A DNA stretch of 64,000 nucleotides from the human T2T-CHM13v2.0 reference genome, Homo sapiens, in assembly GCF_009914755.1 (NCBI RefSeq), contig NC_060929.1; one strand, given 5' to 3'. A program made the position numbers and the translations under genes. This document shows, piece after piece, positions 12,201 through 24,200 of this stretch. How positions within the stretch are numbered: the stretch's first letter is position 1; every line of letters begins with the position of its first letter. The notes under the pieces were generated by a model, which saw only the letters and a program-made list of their open reading frames with translations, did no database searches and was not told where the DNA came from.

Positions 12201-15200
12201 GAGCAGACTTGGAACACTCTTTTTGTGGAATTTGCAAGTGGAGATTTCAGCCGCGTTGAGGTCAATGGTAGAAAAGGAAATATCTTCGTATAAAAACTAG
12301 ACAGAATGATTCTCAGAAACTCCTTTGAGATGTGTGTGTTCAACTCACAGAGTTTAACCTTTCTTTTCATAGAGCAGTTAGGAATCACTCTGTTTGTAAA
12401 GTCTGCAAGTGGATATTCAGACCTCTTTGAGGCCTTCGTTGGAAACGGGTTTTTTTAATATAAGGCTAGACAGAAGAATTCCCAGTAACTTCCTTGTGTT
12501 GTGTGTGTTCAACTCACAGAGTTGAACTTTCATTTACACAGAGCAGATTTGAAACACTCTTTTTGTGGAATTTGCAAATGGAGATTTCAAGCGCTTTGAG
12601 GCCAAAGCAGAAAAGGAAATATCTTCGTATAAAAACTAGACAGAATCATTCTCAGAAACTGCTCTGCGATGTGTGCGTTCAACTCTCAGAGTTTAACTTT
12701 GCTTTTCATTCAGCAGTTTGGAAACACTCTGTTTGTAAAGTCTGCACGTGGATAATTTGACCACTTAGAGGCCTTCGTTGGAAACGGGTTTTTTTCATGT
12801 AAGGCTAGACAGAAGAATTCTCAGTAACTTCCTTGTGTTGTGTGTATTCAACTCACAGAGTTGAACGATCCTTTACACAGAGCAGACTTGTAACACTCTT
12901 TTTGTGGAATTTGCAAGTGGAGATTTCAGCCGCTTTGAAGTCAAATGTAGAAAAGGAAATATCTTCCTATAAAAACTAGACAGAATGATTCTCAGAAACT
13001 CCTTTGTGATGTGTGCGTTCAACTCACAGAGTTTAACCTTTCTTTTCATAGAGCAGTTAGGAAACACTCTGTTTGTAAAGTCTGCAAGTGGATATTCAGA
13101 CCTCTTTGAGGCCTTCGTTGGAAACGGGTTTTTTTCATATAAGGCTAGACAGAAGAATTCCCAGTAACTTCCTTGTGTTGTGTGTGTTCAACTCACAGAG
13201 TTGAACTTTCATTTACACAGAGCAGATTTGAAACACTCTTTTTGTGGAATTTGCAAGTGGAGATTTCAAGCGCTTTGAGGCCAAAGGCAGAAAAGGAAAT
13301 ATCTTCGTATAAAAACTAGACAGAATCATTCTCAGAAACTGCTCTGCGATGTGTGCGTTCAACTCTCAGAGTTTAACTTTTCTTTTCATTCAGCAGTTTG
13401 GAAACACTCTGTTTCTAAAGTCTGCACGTGGATAATTTGACCACTTAGAGGCCTTCGTTGGAAACGGGTTTTTTTCATGTAAGGCTAGACAGAAGAGTTC
13501 TCAGTAACTTCCTTGTGTTGTGTGTATTCAACTCACACAGTTGAACGATCCTTTACAGAGAGCAGACTTGTAACACTCTTTTTGTGGAATTTGCAAGTGG
13601 AGATTTCAGCCGCTTTGAAGTCAAAGTAGAAAAGGAAATATCTTCCTATAAAAACTAGACAGAATGATTCTCAGAAACTCCTTTGTGATGTGTGCGTTCA
13701 ACTCACAGAGTTTAACCTTTCTTTTCATAGAGCAGTTAGGAAACACTCTGTTTGTAAAGTCTGCAAGTGGATATTCAGACCTCTTTGAGGCCTTCGTTGG
13801 AAACGGGTTTTTTTCATATAAGGCTAGACAGAAGAATTCTCAGTAACTTCCTTGTGTTGTGTGTATTCAACTCACAGAGTTGAACGATCCTTTACACAGA
13901 GCAGACTTGTAACACTCTTTTTGTGGAATTTGCAAGTGGAGATTTCAGCCGCGTTGAGGTCAATGGTAGAAAAGGAAATATCTTCGTATAAAAACTAGAC
14001 AGAATGATTCTCAGAAACTCCTTTGAGATGTGTGCGTTCAACTCACAGAGTTTAACCTTTCTTTTCATAGAGCAGTTAGGAAACACTCTGCTTGTAAAGT
14101 CTGCAAGTGGATATTCAGCCCTCTTTGAGGCCTTCGCTGGAAACGGGTTTTTTTCATATAAGGCTAGACAGCAGAATTCCCAGTAACTTCCTTGTGTTGT
14201 GTGTGTTCAACTCACAGAGTTGAACTTTGATTTACACAGAGCAGATTTGAAACACTCTTTTTGTGGAATTTGCAAGTGGAGATTTCAAGCGCTTTGAGGC
14301 CAAAGGCAGAAAAGGAAATATCTTCGTATAAAAACTAGACAGAATCATTCTCAGAAACTGCTCTGCGATGTGTGCGTTCAACTCTCAGAGTTTAACTTTT
14401 CTTTTCATTCAGCAGTTTGGAAACACTCTGTTTGTAAAGTCTGCACGTGGATATTTTGACCACTTAGAGGCCGTCGTTGGAAATGGGTTTTTTTCCTGTA
14501 AGGCTAGACAGAAGAATTCCCAGTAACTTCCTTGTGTTGTGTACATTCAACTCACAGAGTTGAACGTTCCCTTAGACAGAGCAGATTTGAAACACTCTTT
14601 TTGTGCAATTGGCAAGTGGAGATTTCAAGCGCGTTGAGGTCAATGGCAGAAAAGGAAATATCTTCGTTTCAAAACTAGACAGAATCATTCCCACAAACTG
14701 CGTTGTGATGTGTTCGTTCAACTCACAGAGTTTAACCTTTCTTTTCATAGCGCAGTTAGGAAACAGTCTGTTTGAAAATTCTGTAAGTGGATATTCTGAC
14801 ATCTTGTGGCCTTCGTTGGAAACGGGATTTCTTCATATTCTGCTAGACAGAAGAATTCTCAGAATCTTCCTTGTGTTGTGTGTATTCAACTCACAGAGTT
14901 GAACGATGGTTTACACAGAGCAGATTTGAAACACTCATTTGGTGGAATTTGCAAGTGGAGATTTCAGCCGCTTTGAGGTCAATGGTAGAAAAGGAAATAT
15001 CTTCGTATAACAACTAGACAGAATGATTCTCAGAAACTTCTTTGTGATGTGTGTGTTCAACTCACAGAGTTTAACCTTTCTTTTCATAGAGTAGTTAGGA
15101 AACACTGTGTTTTCAAACTCTGCAAGTGGATATTCAGACCTCTTTGAGGCCTTCGTTGGAAACGGGTTTCTTCATACTGTGCTAGACAGAAGAATTCTCA

Positions 15201-18200
15201 GTAACTTCCTTGTGTTGTGTGTATTCAACTCACAGAGTTGAACGATCCTTTACACAGAGCAGACTTGAAACACTCTTTTTGTGGAATTTGCAAGTGGAGA
15301 TTTCAGCCGCGTTGAGGTCAATGGTAGAAAAGGAAATATCTTCGTATAAAAACTAGACAGAATGATTCTCAGAAACTCCTTTGTGATGTGTGCATTCAAC
15401 TCACAGAGTTTAACCTTTCTTTTCATAGAGCAGTTAGGAAACACTCTGCTTGTAAAGTCTGCAAGTGGATATTCAGCCCTCTTTGAGGCCTTCGTTGGAA
15501 ACGGGTTTTTTTCATATAAGGCTAGACAGAAGAATTCCCAGTAACTTCCTTGTGTTGTGTGTGTTCAACTCACAGAGTTGAACTTTCATTTACACAGAGC
15601 AGATTTGAAACACTCTTTTTGTGGAATTTGCAAGTGGAGATTTCAAGCGCTTTGAGGCCAAAGGCAGAAAAGGAAATATCTTCGTATAAAAACTAGACAG
15701 AATCATTCTCAGAAACTGCTCTGTGATGTGTGCGTTCAACTCTCAGAGTTTAACTTTTCTTTTCATTCAGCAGTTTGGAAACACTCTGTTTGTAAAGTCT
15801 GCACGTGGATAATTTGACCACTTAGAGGCCTTCGTTGGAAACGGGTTTTTTTCATGTAAGGCTAGACAGAAGAGTTCTCAGTAACTTCCTTGTGTTGTGT
15901 GTATTCAACTCACACAGTTGAACGATCCTTTACAGAGAGCAGACTTGTAACACTCTTTTTGTGGAATTTGCAAGTGGAGATTTCAGCCGCTTTGAAGTCA
16001 AAGTAGAAAAGGAAATATCTTCCTATAAAAACTAGACAGAATGATTCTCAGAAACTCCTTTGTGATGTGTGCGTTCAACTCACAGAGTTTAACCTTTCTT
16101 TTCATAGAGCAGTTAGGAAACACTCTGTTTGTAAAGTCTGCAAGTGGATATTCAGACCTCTTTGAGGCCTTCGTTGGAAACGGGTTTTTTTCATATAAGG
16201 CTAGACAGAAGAATTCCCAGTAACTTCCTTGGGTTGTGTGTGTTCAACTCACAGAGTTGAACTTCCGTTTACACAGAGCAGATTTGAAACACTCTTTTTG
16301 TGGAATTTGCAGGTGGAGATTTCAAGCGCTTTGAGGCCAAAGGCAGAAAAGGAAATATCTTCGTATAAAAACTAGACAGAATCATTCTCAGAAACTGCTC
16401 TGCGATGTGTGCGTTCAACTCTCAGAGTTTAACTTTTCTTTTCATTCAGCAGTTTGGAAACACTCTGTTTGTAAAGTCTGCACGTGGATAATTTGACCAC
16501 TTAGAGGCCTTCGTTGGAAACGGGTTTTTTTCATGTAAGGCTAGACAGAAGAATTCTCAGTAACTTCCTTGTGTTGTGTGTATTCAACTCACAGAGTTGA
16601 ACGATCCTTTACACAGAGCAGACATGTAACACTCTTTTTCTGGAATTTGCAAGTGGAGATTTCAGCCGCTTTGAAGTCAAAGGTAGAAAAGGAAATATCT
16701 TCCTATAAAAACTAGACAGAATGATTCTCAGAAACTCCTTTGTGATGTGTGCGTTCAACTCACAGAGTTTAACCTTTCTTTTCATAGAGCAGTTAGGAAA
16801 CACTCTGCTTGTAAAGTCTGCAAGTGGATATTCAGACCTCTTTGAGGCCTTCGTTGGAAACGGGATTTCTTCATACTGTGCTAGACAGAAGAATTCTCAG
16901 TAACTTCCTTGTGTTGTGTGTATTCAACTCACAGAGTTGAACGATCCTTTACACAGAGCAGACTTGGAACACTGTTTTTGTGGAATTTGCAAGTGGAGAT
17001 TTCAGCCGCGTTGAGGTCAATGGTAGAAAAGGAAATATCTTCGTATAAAAACTAGACAGAATGATTCTCAGAAACTCCTTTGAGATGTGTGTGTTCAACT
17101 CACAGAATTTAACCTTTCTTTTCATAGAGCAGTTAGGAATCACTCTGTTTGTAAAGTCTGCAAGTGGATATTCAGACCTCTTTGAGGCCTTCGCTGGAAA
17201 CGGGTTTTTTTCATATAAGGCTAGACAGAAGAATTCCCAGTAACTTCCTTGTGTTGTGTGTGTTCAACTCACAGAGTTGAACTTTGATTTACACAGAGCA
17301 GATTTGAAACACTCTTTTTGTGGAATTTGCAAGTGGAGATTTCAAGCGCTTTGAGGCCAAAGGCAGAAAAGGAAATATCTTCGTATAAAAACTAGACAGA
17401 ATCATTCTCAGAAACTGCTCTGCGATGTGTGCGTTCAACTCTCAGAGTTTAACTTTTCTTTTCATTCAGCAGTTTGGAAACACTCTGTTTGTAAAGTCTG
17501 CACGTGGATATTTTGACCACTTAGAGGCCTTCGTTGGAAACGGGTTTTTTTCCTGTAAGGCTAGACAGAAGAATTCCCAGTAACTTCCTTGTGTTGTGTA
17601 CATTCAACTCACAGAGTTGAACGTTCCCTTAGACAGAGCAGATTTGAAACACTCTTTTTGTGCAATTGGCAAGTGGAGATTTCAAGCGCGTTGAGGTCAA
17701 TGGCAGAAAAGGAAATATCTTCGTTTCAAAACTAGACAGAATCATTCCCACAAACTGCGTTGTGATGTGTTCGTTCAACTCACAGAGTTTAACCTTTCTT
17801 TTCATAGAGCAGTTAGGAAACAGTCTGTTTGAAAATTCTGTAAGTGGATATTCTGACATCTTGTGGCCTTCGTTGGAAACGGGATTTCTTCATATTCTGC
17901 TAGACAGAAGAATTCTCAGAATCTTCCTTGTGTTGTGTGTATTCAACTCACAGAGTTGAACGATGGTTTACACAGAGCAGATTTGAAACACTCATTTGGT
18001 GGATTTTGCAAGTGGAGATTTCAGCCGCTTTGAGGTTAATGGTAGAAAAGGAAATATCTTCGTATAACAACTAGACAGAATGATTCTCAGAAACTTCTTT
18101 GTGATGTGTGCGTTCAACTCACAGAGTTTAACCTTTCTTTTCATAGAGTAGTTAGGAAACACTGTGTTTTCAAACTCTGCAAGTGGATATTCAGACCTCT

Positions 18201-21200
18201 TTGAGGCCTTCGTTGGAAACGGGTTTCTTCATACTGTGCTAGAGAGAAGAATTCTCAGTAACTTCCTTGTGTTGTGTGTATTCAACTCACAGAGTTGAAC
18301 GATCCTTTACACAGAGCAGACTTGAAACACTCTTTTTGTGGAATTTGCAAGTGGAGATTTCAGCCGCGTTGAGGTCAATGGTAGAAAAGGAAATATCTTC
18401 GTATAAAAACTAGACAGAATGATTCTCAGAAACTCCTTTGTGATGTGTGTGTTCAACTCACAGAGTTTAACATTTCTTTTCATAGAGCAGTTAGGAAACA
18501 CTCTGTTTGTAAAGTCTGCAAGTGGATATTCAGACCTCTTTGAGGCCTTCGTTGGAAACGGGTTTTTTTCATATAAGGCTAGACAGAAGAATTCCCAGTA
18601 ACTTCCTTGTGTTGTGTGTGTTCAACTCACAGAGTTGAACTTTCATTTACACAGAGCAGATTTGAAACACTCTTTTTGTGGAATTTGCAAATGGAGATTT
18701 CAAGCGCTTTGAGGCCAAAGGCAGAAAAGGAAATATCTTCGTATAAAAACTAGACAGAATCATTCTCAGAAACTGCTCTGCGATGTGTGCGTTCAACTCT
18801 CAGAGTTTAAGTTTTCTTTTCATTCAGCAGTTTGGAAACACTCTGTTTGTAAAGTCTGCACGTGGATAATTTGACCACTTAGAGGCCTTCGTTGGAAACG
18901 GGTTTTTTTCATGTAAGGCTAGACAGAAGAATTCTCAGTAACTTCCTTGTGTTGTGTGTATTCAACTCACAGAGTTGAACGATCCTTTACACAGAGCAGA
19001 CTTGTAACACTCTTTTTGTGGAATTTGCAAGTGGAGATTTCAGCCGCTTTGAAGTCAAAGGTAGAAAAGGAAATATCTTCCTATAAAAACTAGACAGAAT
19101 GATTCTCAGAAACTCCTTTGTGATGTGTACGTTCAACTCACAGAGTTTAACCTTTCTTTTCATAGAGCAGTTAGGAAACACTCTGTTTGTAAAGTCTGCA
19201 AGTGGATATTGAGACCTCTTTGAGGCCTTCGTTGGAAACGGGTTTTTTTCATATAAGGCTAGACAGAAGGATTCCCAGTAACTTCCTTGTGTTGTGTGTG
19301 TTCAACTCACAGAGTTGAACTTTCATTTACAAAGAGCAGATTTGAAACACTCTTTTTGTGGAATTTGCAAGTGGAGATTTCAAGCGCTTTGAGGCCAAAG
19401 GCAGAAAAGGAAATATCTTCGTATAAAAACTAGACAGAATCATTCTCAGAAACTGCTCTGCGATGTGTGCGTTCAACTCTCAGAGTTTAACTTTTCTTTT
19501 CATTCAGCAGTTTGGAAACACTCTGTTTGTAAAGTCTGCACGTGGATAATTTGACCACTTAGAGGCCTTCGTTGGAAACGGGTTTTTTTCATGTAAGGAT
19601 AGACAGAAGAATTCTCAGTAACTTCCTTGTGTTTTGTGTATTCAACTCACAGAGTTGAACGATCCTTTACACAGAGCAGACTTGTAACACTCTTTTTGTG
19701 GAATTTGCAAGTGGAGATTTCAGCCGCTTTGAAGTCAAAGGTAGAAAAGGAAATATCTTCCTATAAAAACTAGACAGAATGATTCTCAGAAACTCCTTTG
19801 TGATGTGTGCGTTCAACTCACAGAGTTTAACCTTTCTTTTCATAGAGCAGTTAGGAAACACTCTGCTTGTAAAGTCTGCAAGTGGATATTCAGCCCTCTT
19901 TGAGGCCTTCGTTGGAAACGGGTTTTTTTCATATAAGGCTAGACAGAAGAATTCCCAGTAACTTCCTTGTGTTGTGTGTGTTCAACTCACAGAGTTGAAC
20001 TTTGATTTACACAGAGCAGATTTGAAACACTCTTTTTGTGGAATTTGCAAGTGGAGATTTCAAGCGCTTTGAGGCCAAAGGCAGAAAAGGAAATATCTTC
20101 GTATAAAAACTAGACAGAATCATTCTCAGAAACTGCTCTGCGATGTGTGCGTTCAACTCTCAGAGTTTAACTTTTCTTTTCATTCAGCAGTTTGGAAACA
20201 CTCTGTTTGTAAAGTCTGCACGTGGATATTTTGACCACTTAGAGGCCTTCGTTGGAAACGGGTTTTTTTCCTGTAAGGCTAGACAGAAGAGTTCCCAGTA
20301 ACTTCCTTGTGTTGTGTACATTCAACTCACAGAGTTGAACGTTCCCTTAGACAGAGCAGATTTGAAACACTCTTTTTGTGCAATTGGCAAGTGGAGATTT
20401 CAAGCGCTTTAAGGTCAATGGCAGAAAAGGAAATATCTTCGTTTCAAAACTAGAGAGAATCATTCCCAAAAACTGCGTTGTGATGTGTTCGTTCATCTCA
20501 CAGAGTTTAACCTTTCTTTTCATAGAGCAGTTAGGAAACAGTCTGTTTGTAAATTCTGTAAGTGGATATTCTGACATCTTGTGGCCTTCGTTGGAAACGG
20601 GATTTCTTCATATTCTGCTAGACAGAAGAATTCTCAGAATCTTCCTTGTGTTGTGTGTATTCAACTCACAGAGTTGAACGATGGTTTACACAGAGCAGAT
20701 TTGAAACACTCTTTTTGTGGAATTTGCAAGTGGAGATTTCAGCCGCTTTGAGGTCAATGGTAGAAAAGGAAATATCTTCGTATAAAAACTAGACAGAATG
20801 ATTCTCAGAAACTTCTTTGTGATGTGTGCGTTCAACTCACAGAGTTTAACCTTTCTTTTCATAGAGCAGTTAGGAAACACTCTGTTTGTAAACTCTGCAA
20901 GTGGATATTCAGACCTCTTTGAGGCCTTCGTTGGAAACGGGATTTCTTCATACTATGCTAGACAGAAGAATTCTCAGTAACTTCCTTGTGTTGTGTGTAT
21001 TCAACTCACAGAGCTGACCGATCCTTTACACAGAGCAGACTTGTAACACTCTTTTTGTGGAATTTGCAAGTGGAGATTTCAGCCGCTTTGAAGTCAAAGG
21101 TAGAAAAGGGAATATCTTCCTATAAAAACTAGACAGAATGATTCTCAGAAACTCCTTTGTCATGTGTGCGTTCAACTCACAGAGTTTAACTTTTCTTTTC

Positions 21201-24200
21201 ATAGAGCAGTTAGGAAACACTCTGTTTCTAAAGTCTGCAAGTGGATATTCAGACCTCTTTGAGGCCTTCGTTGGAAACGGGTTTTTTTCATATAAGGCTA
21301 GAGAGAAGAATTCCCAGTAACTTCCTTGTGTTGTGTGTGTTCAACTCACAGAGTTGAACTTTCATTTACACAGAGCAGATTTGAAACACTCTTTTTGTGG
21401 AATTTGCAAGTGGAGATTTCAAGCGCTGTGAGGCCAAAGGCAGAAAAGGAAATATCTTCGTATAAAAACTAGACAGAATCATTCTCAGAAACTGCTCTGC
21501 GATGTGTGCGTTCAACTCTCAGAGTTTAACTTTTCTTTTCATTCAGCAGTTTGGAAACACTCTGTTTGTAAAGTCTGCACGTGGATAATTTGACCACTTA
21601 GAGGCCTTCGTTGGAAACGGGTTTTTTTCATGTAAGGCTAGACAGAAGAATTCTCAGTAACTTCCTTGTGTTGTGTGTATTCAACTCACACAGTTGAACG
21701 ATCCTTTACACAGAGCAGACTTGTAACACTCTTTTTGTGGAATTTGCAAGTGGAGATTTCAGCCGCTTTGAAGTCAAATGTAGAAAAGGAAATATCTTCC
21801 TATAAAAACTAGACAGAAAGATTCTCAGAAACTCCTTTGTGATGTGTGCGTTCAACTCACAGAGTTTAACCTTTCTTTTCATAGAGCAGTTAGGAAACAC
21901 TCTGTTTGTAAAGTCTGCAAGTGGATATTCAGACCTCTTTGAGGCCTTCGTTGGAAACGGGTTTTTTTCATATAAGGCTAGACAGAAGAATTCCCAGTAA
22001 CTTCCTTGTGTTGTGTGTGTTCAACTCACAGAGTTGAACTTTCATTTACACAGAGCAGATTTGAAACACTCTTTTTGTGGAATTTGCAAGTGGAGATTTC
22101 AAGCGCTTTGAGGCCAAAGGCAGAAAAGGAAATATCTTCGTATAAAAACTAGACAGAATCATTCTCAGAATCTGCTCTGCGATGTGTGCGTTCAACTCTC
22201 AGAGTTTAACTTTTCTTTTCATTCAGCAGTTTGGAAACACTCTGTTTGTAAAGTCTGCACGTGGATAATTTGACCACTTAGAGGCCTTCGTTGGAAACGG
22301 GTTTTTTTCATGTAAGGCTAGACAGAAGAGTTCTCAGTAACTTCCTTGTGTTGTGTGTATTCAACTCACACAGTTGAACGATCCTTTACAGAGAGCAGAC
22401 TTGTAACACTCTTTTTGTGGAATTTGCAAGTGGAGATTTCAGCCGCTTTGAAGTCAAAGTAGAAAAGGAAATATCTTCCTATAAAAACTAGACAGAATGA
22501 TTCTCAGAAACTCCTTTGTGATGTGTGCGTTCAACTCACAGAGTTTAACCTTTCTTTTCATAGAGCAGTTAGGAAACACTCTGTTTGTAAAGTCTGCAAG
22601 TGGATATTCAGACCTCTTTGAGGCCTTCGTTGGAAACGGGTTTTTTTCATATAAGGCTAGACAGAAGAATTCCCAGTAACTTCCTTGTGTTGTGTGTGTT
22701 CAACTCACAGAGTTGAACTTTCATTTACACAGAGCAGATTTGAAACACTCTTTTTGTGGAATTTGCAGGTGGAGATTTCAAGCGCTTTGAGGCCAAAGGC
22801 AGAAAAGGAAATATCTTCGTATAAAAACTAGACAGAATCATTCTCAGAAACTGCTCTGCGATGTGTGCGTTCAACTCTCAGAGTTTAACTTTTCTTTTCA
22901 TTCAGCAGTTTGGAAACACTCTGTTTGTAAAGTCTGCACGTGGATAATTTGACCACTTAGAGGCCTTCGTTGGAAACGGGTTTTTTTCATGTAAGGCTAG
23001 ACAGAAGAATTCTCAGTAACTTCCTTGTGTTGTGTGTATTCAACTCACAGAGTTGAACGATCCTTTACACAGAGCAGACTTGTAACACTCTTTTTGTGGA
23101 ATTTGCAAGTGGAGATTTCAGCCGCTTTGAAGTCAAAGGTAGAAAAGGAAATATCTTCCTATAAAAACTAGACAGAATGATTCTCAGAAACTCCTTTGTG
23201 ATGTGTGCGTTCAACTCACAGAGTTTAACCTTTCTTTTCATAGAGCAGTTAGGAAACACTCTGCTTGTAAAGTCTGCAAGTGGATATTTAGCCCTCTTTG
23301 AGGCCTTCGTTGGAAACGGGTTTTTTTCATATAAGGCTAGACAGAAGAATTCCCAGTAACTTCCTTGTGTTGTGTGTGTTCAACTCACAGAGTTGAACTT
23401 TGATTTACACAGAGCAGATTTGAAACACTCTTTTTGTGGAATTTGCAAGTGGAGATTTCAAGCGCTTTGAGGCCAAAGGCAGAAAAGGAAATATCTTCGT
23501 ATAAAAACTAGACAGAATCATTCTCAGAAACTGCTCTGCGATGTGTGCGTTCAACTCTCAGAGTTTAACTTTTCTTTTCATTCAGCAGTTTGGAAACACT
23601 CTGTTTGTAAAGTCTGCACGTGGATATTTTGACCACTTAGAGGCCTTCGTTGGAAACGGGTTTTTTCCTGTAAGGCTAGACAGAAGAATTCCCAGTAACT
23701 TCCTTGTGTTGTGTACATTCAACTCACAGAGTTGAACGTTCCCTTAGACAGAGCAGATTTGAAACACTCTTTTTGTGCAATTGGCAAGTGGAGATTTCAA
23801 GCGCTTTAAGGTCAATGGCAGAAAAGGAAATATCTTCGTTTCAAAACTAGAGAGAATCATTCCCAAAAACTGCGTTGTGATGTGTTCGTTCATCTCACAG
23901 AGTTTAACCTTTCTTTTCATAGAGCAGTTAGGAAACAGTCTGTTTGTAAATTCTGTAAGTGGATATTCTGACATCTTGTGGCCTTCGTTGGAAACGGGAT
24001 TTCTTCATATTCTGCTAGACAGAAGAATTCTCAGAATCTTCCTTGTGTTGTGTGTATTCAACTCACAGAGTTGAACGATGGTTTACACAGAGCAGATTTG
24101 AAACACTCTTTTTGTGGAATTTGCAAGTGGAGATTTCAGCCGCTTTGAGGTCAATGGTAGAAAAGGAAATATCTTCGTATAAAAACTAGACAGAATGATT

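Noticed and set aside
12494-12760. Atypical 88-aa ORF (also those at 41182, 43416 and 63524)
   Set aside because: Created by single private changes, e.g. the 1-bp deletion GCCAAAGCAG at ~12606. That deletion also explains the 47223 to 47224 offset shift and could be a sequencing error.
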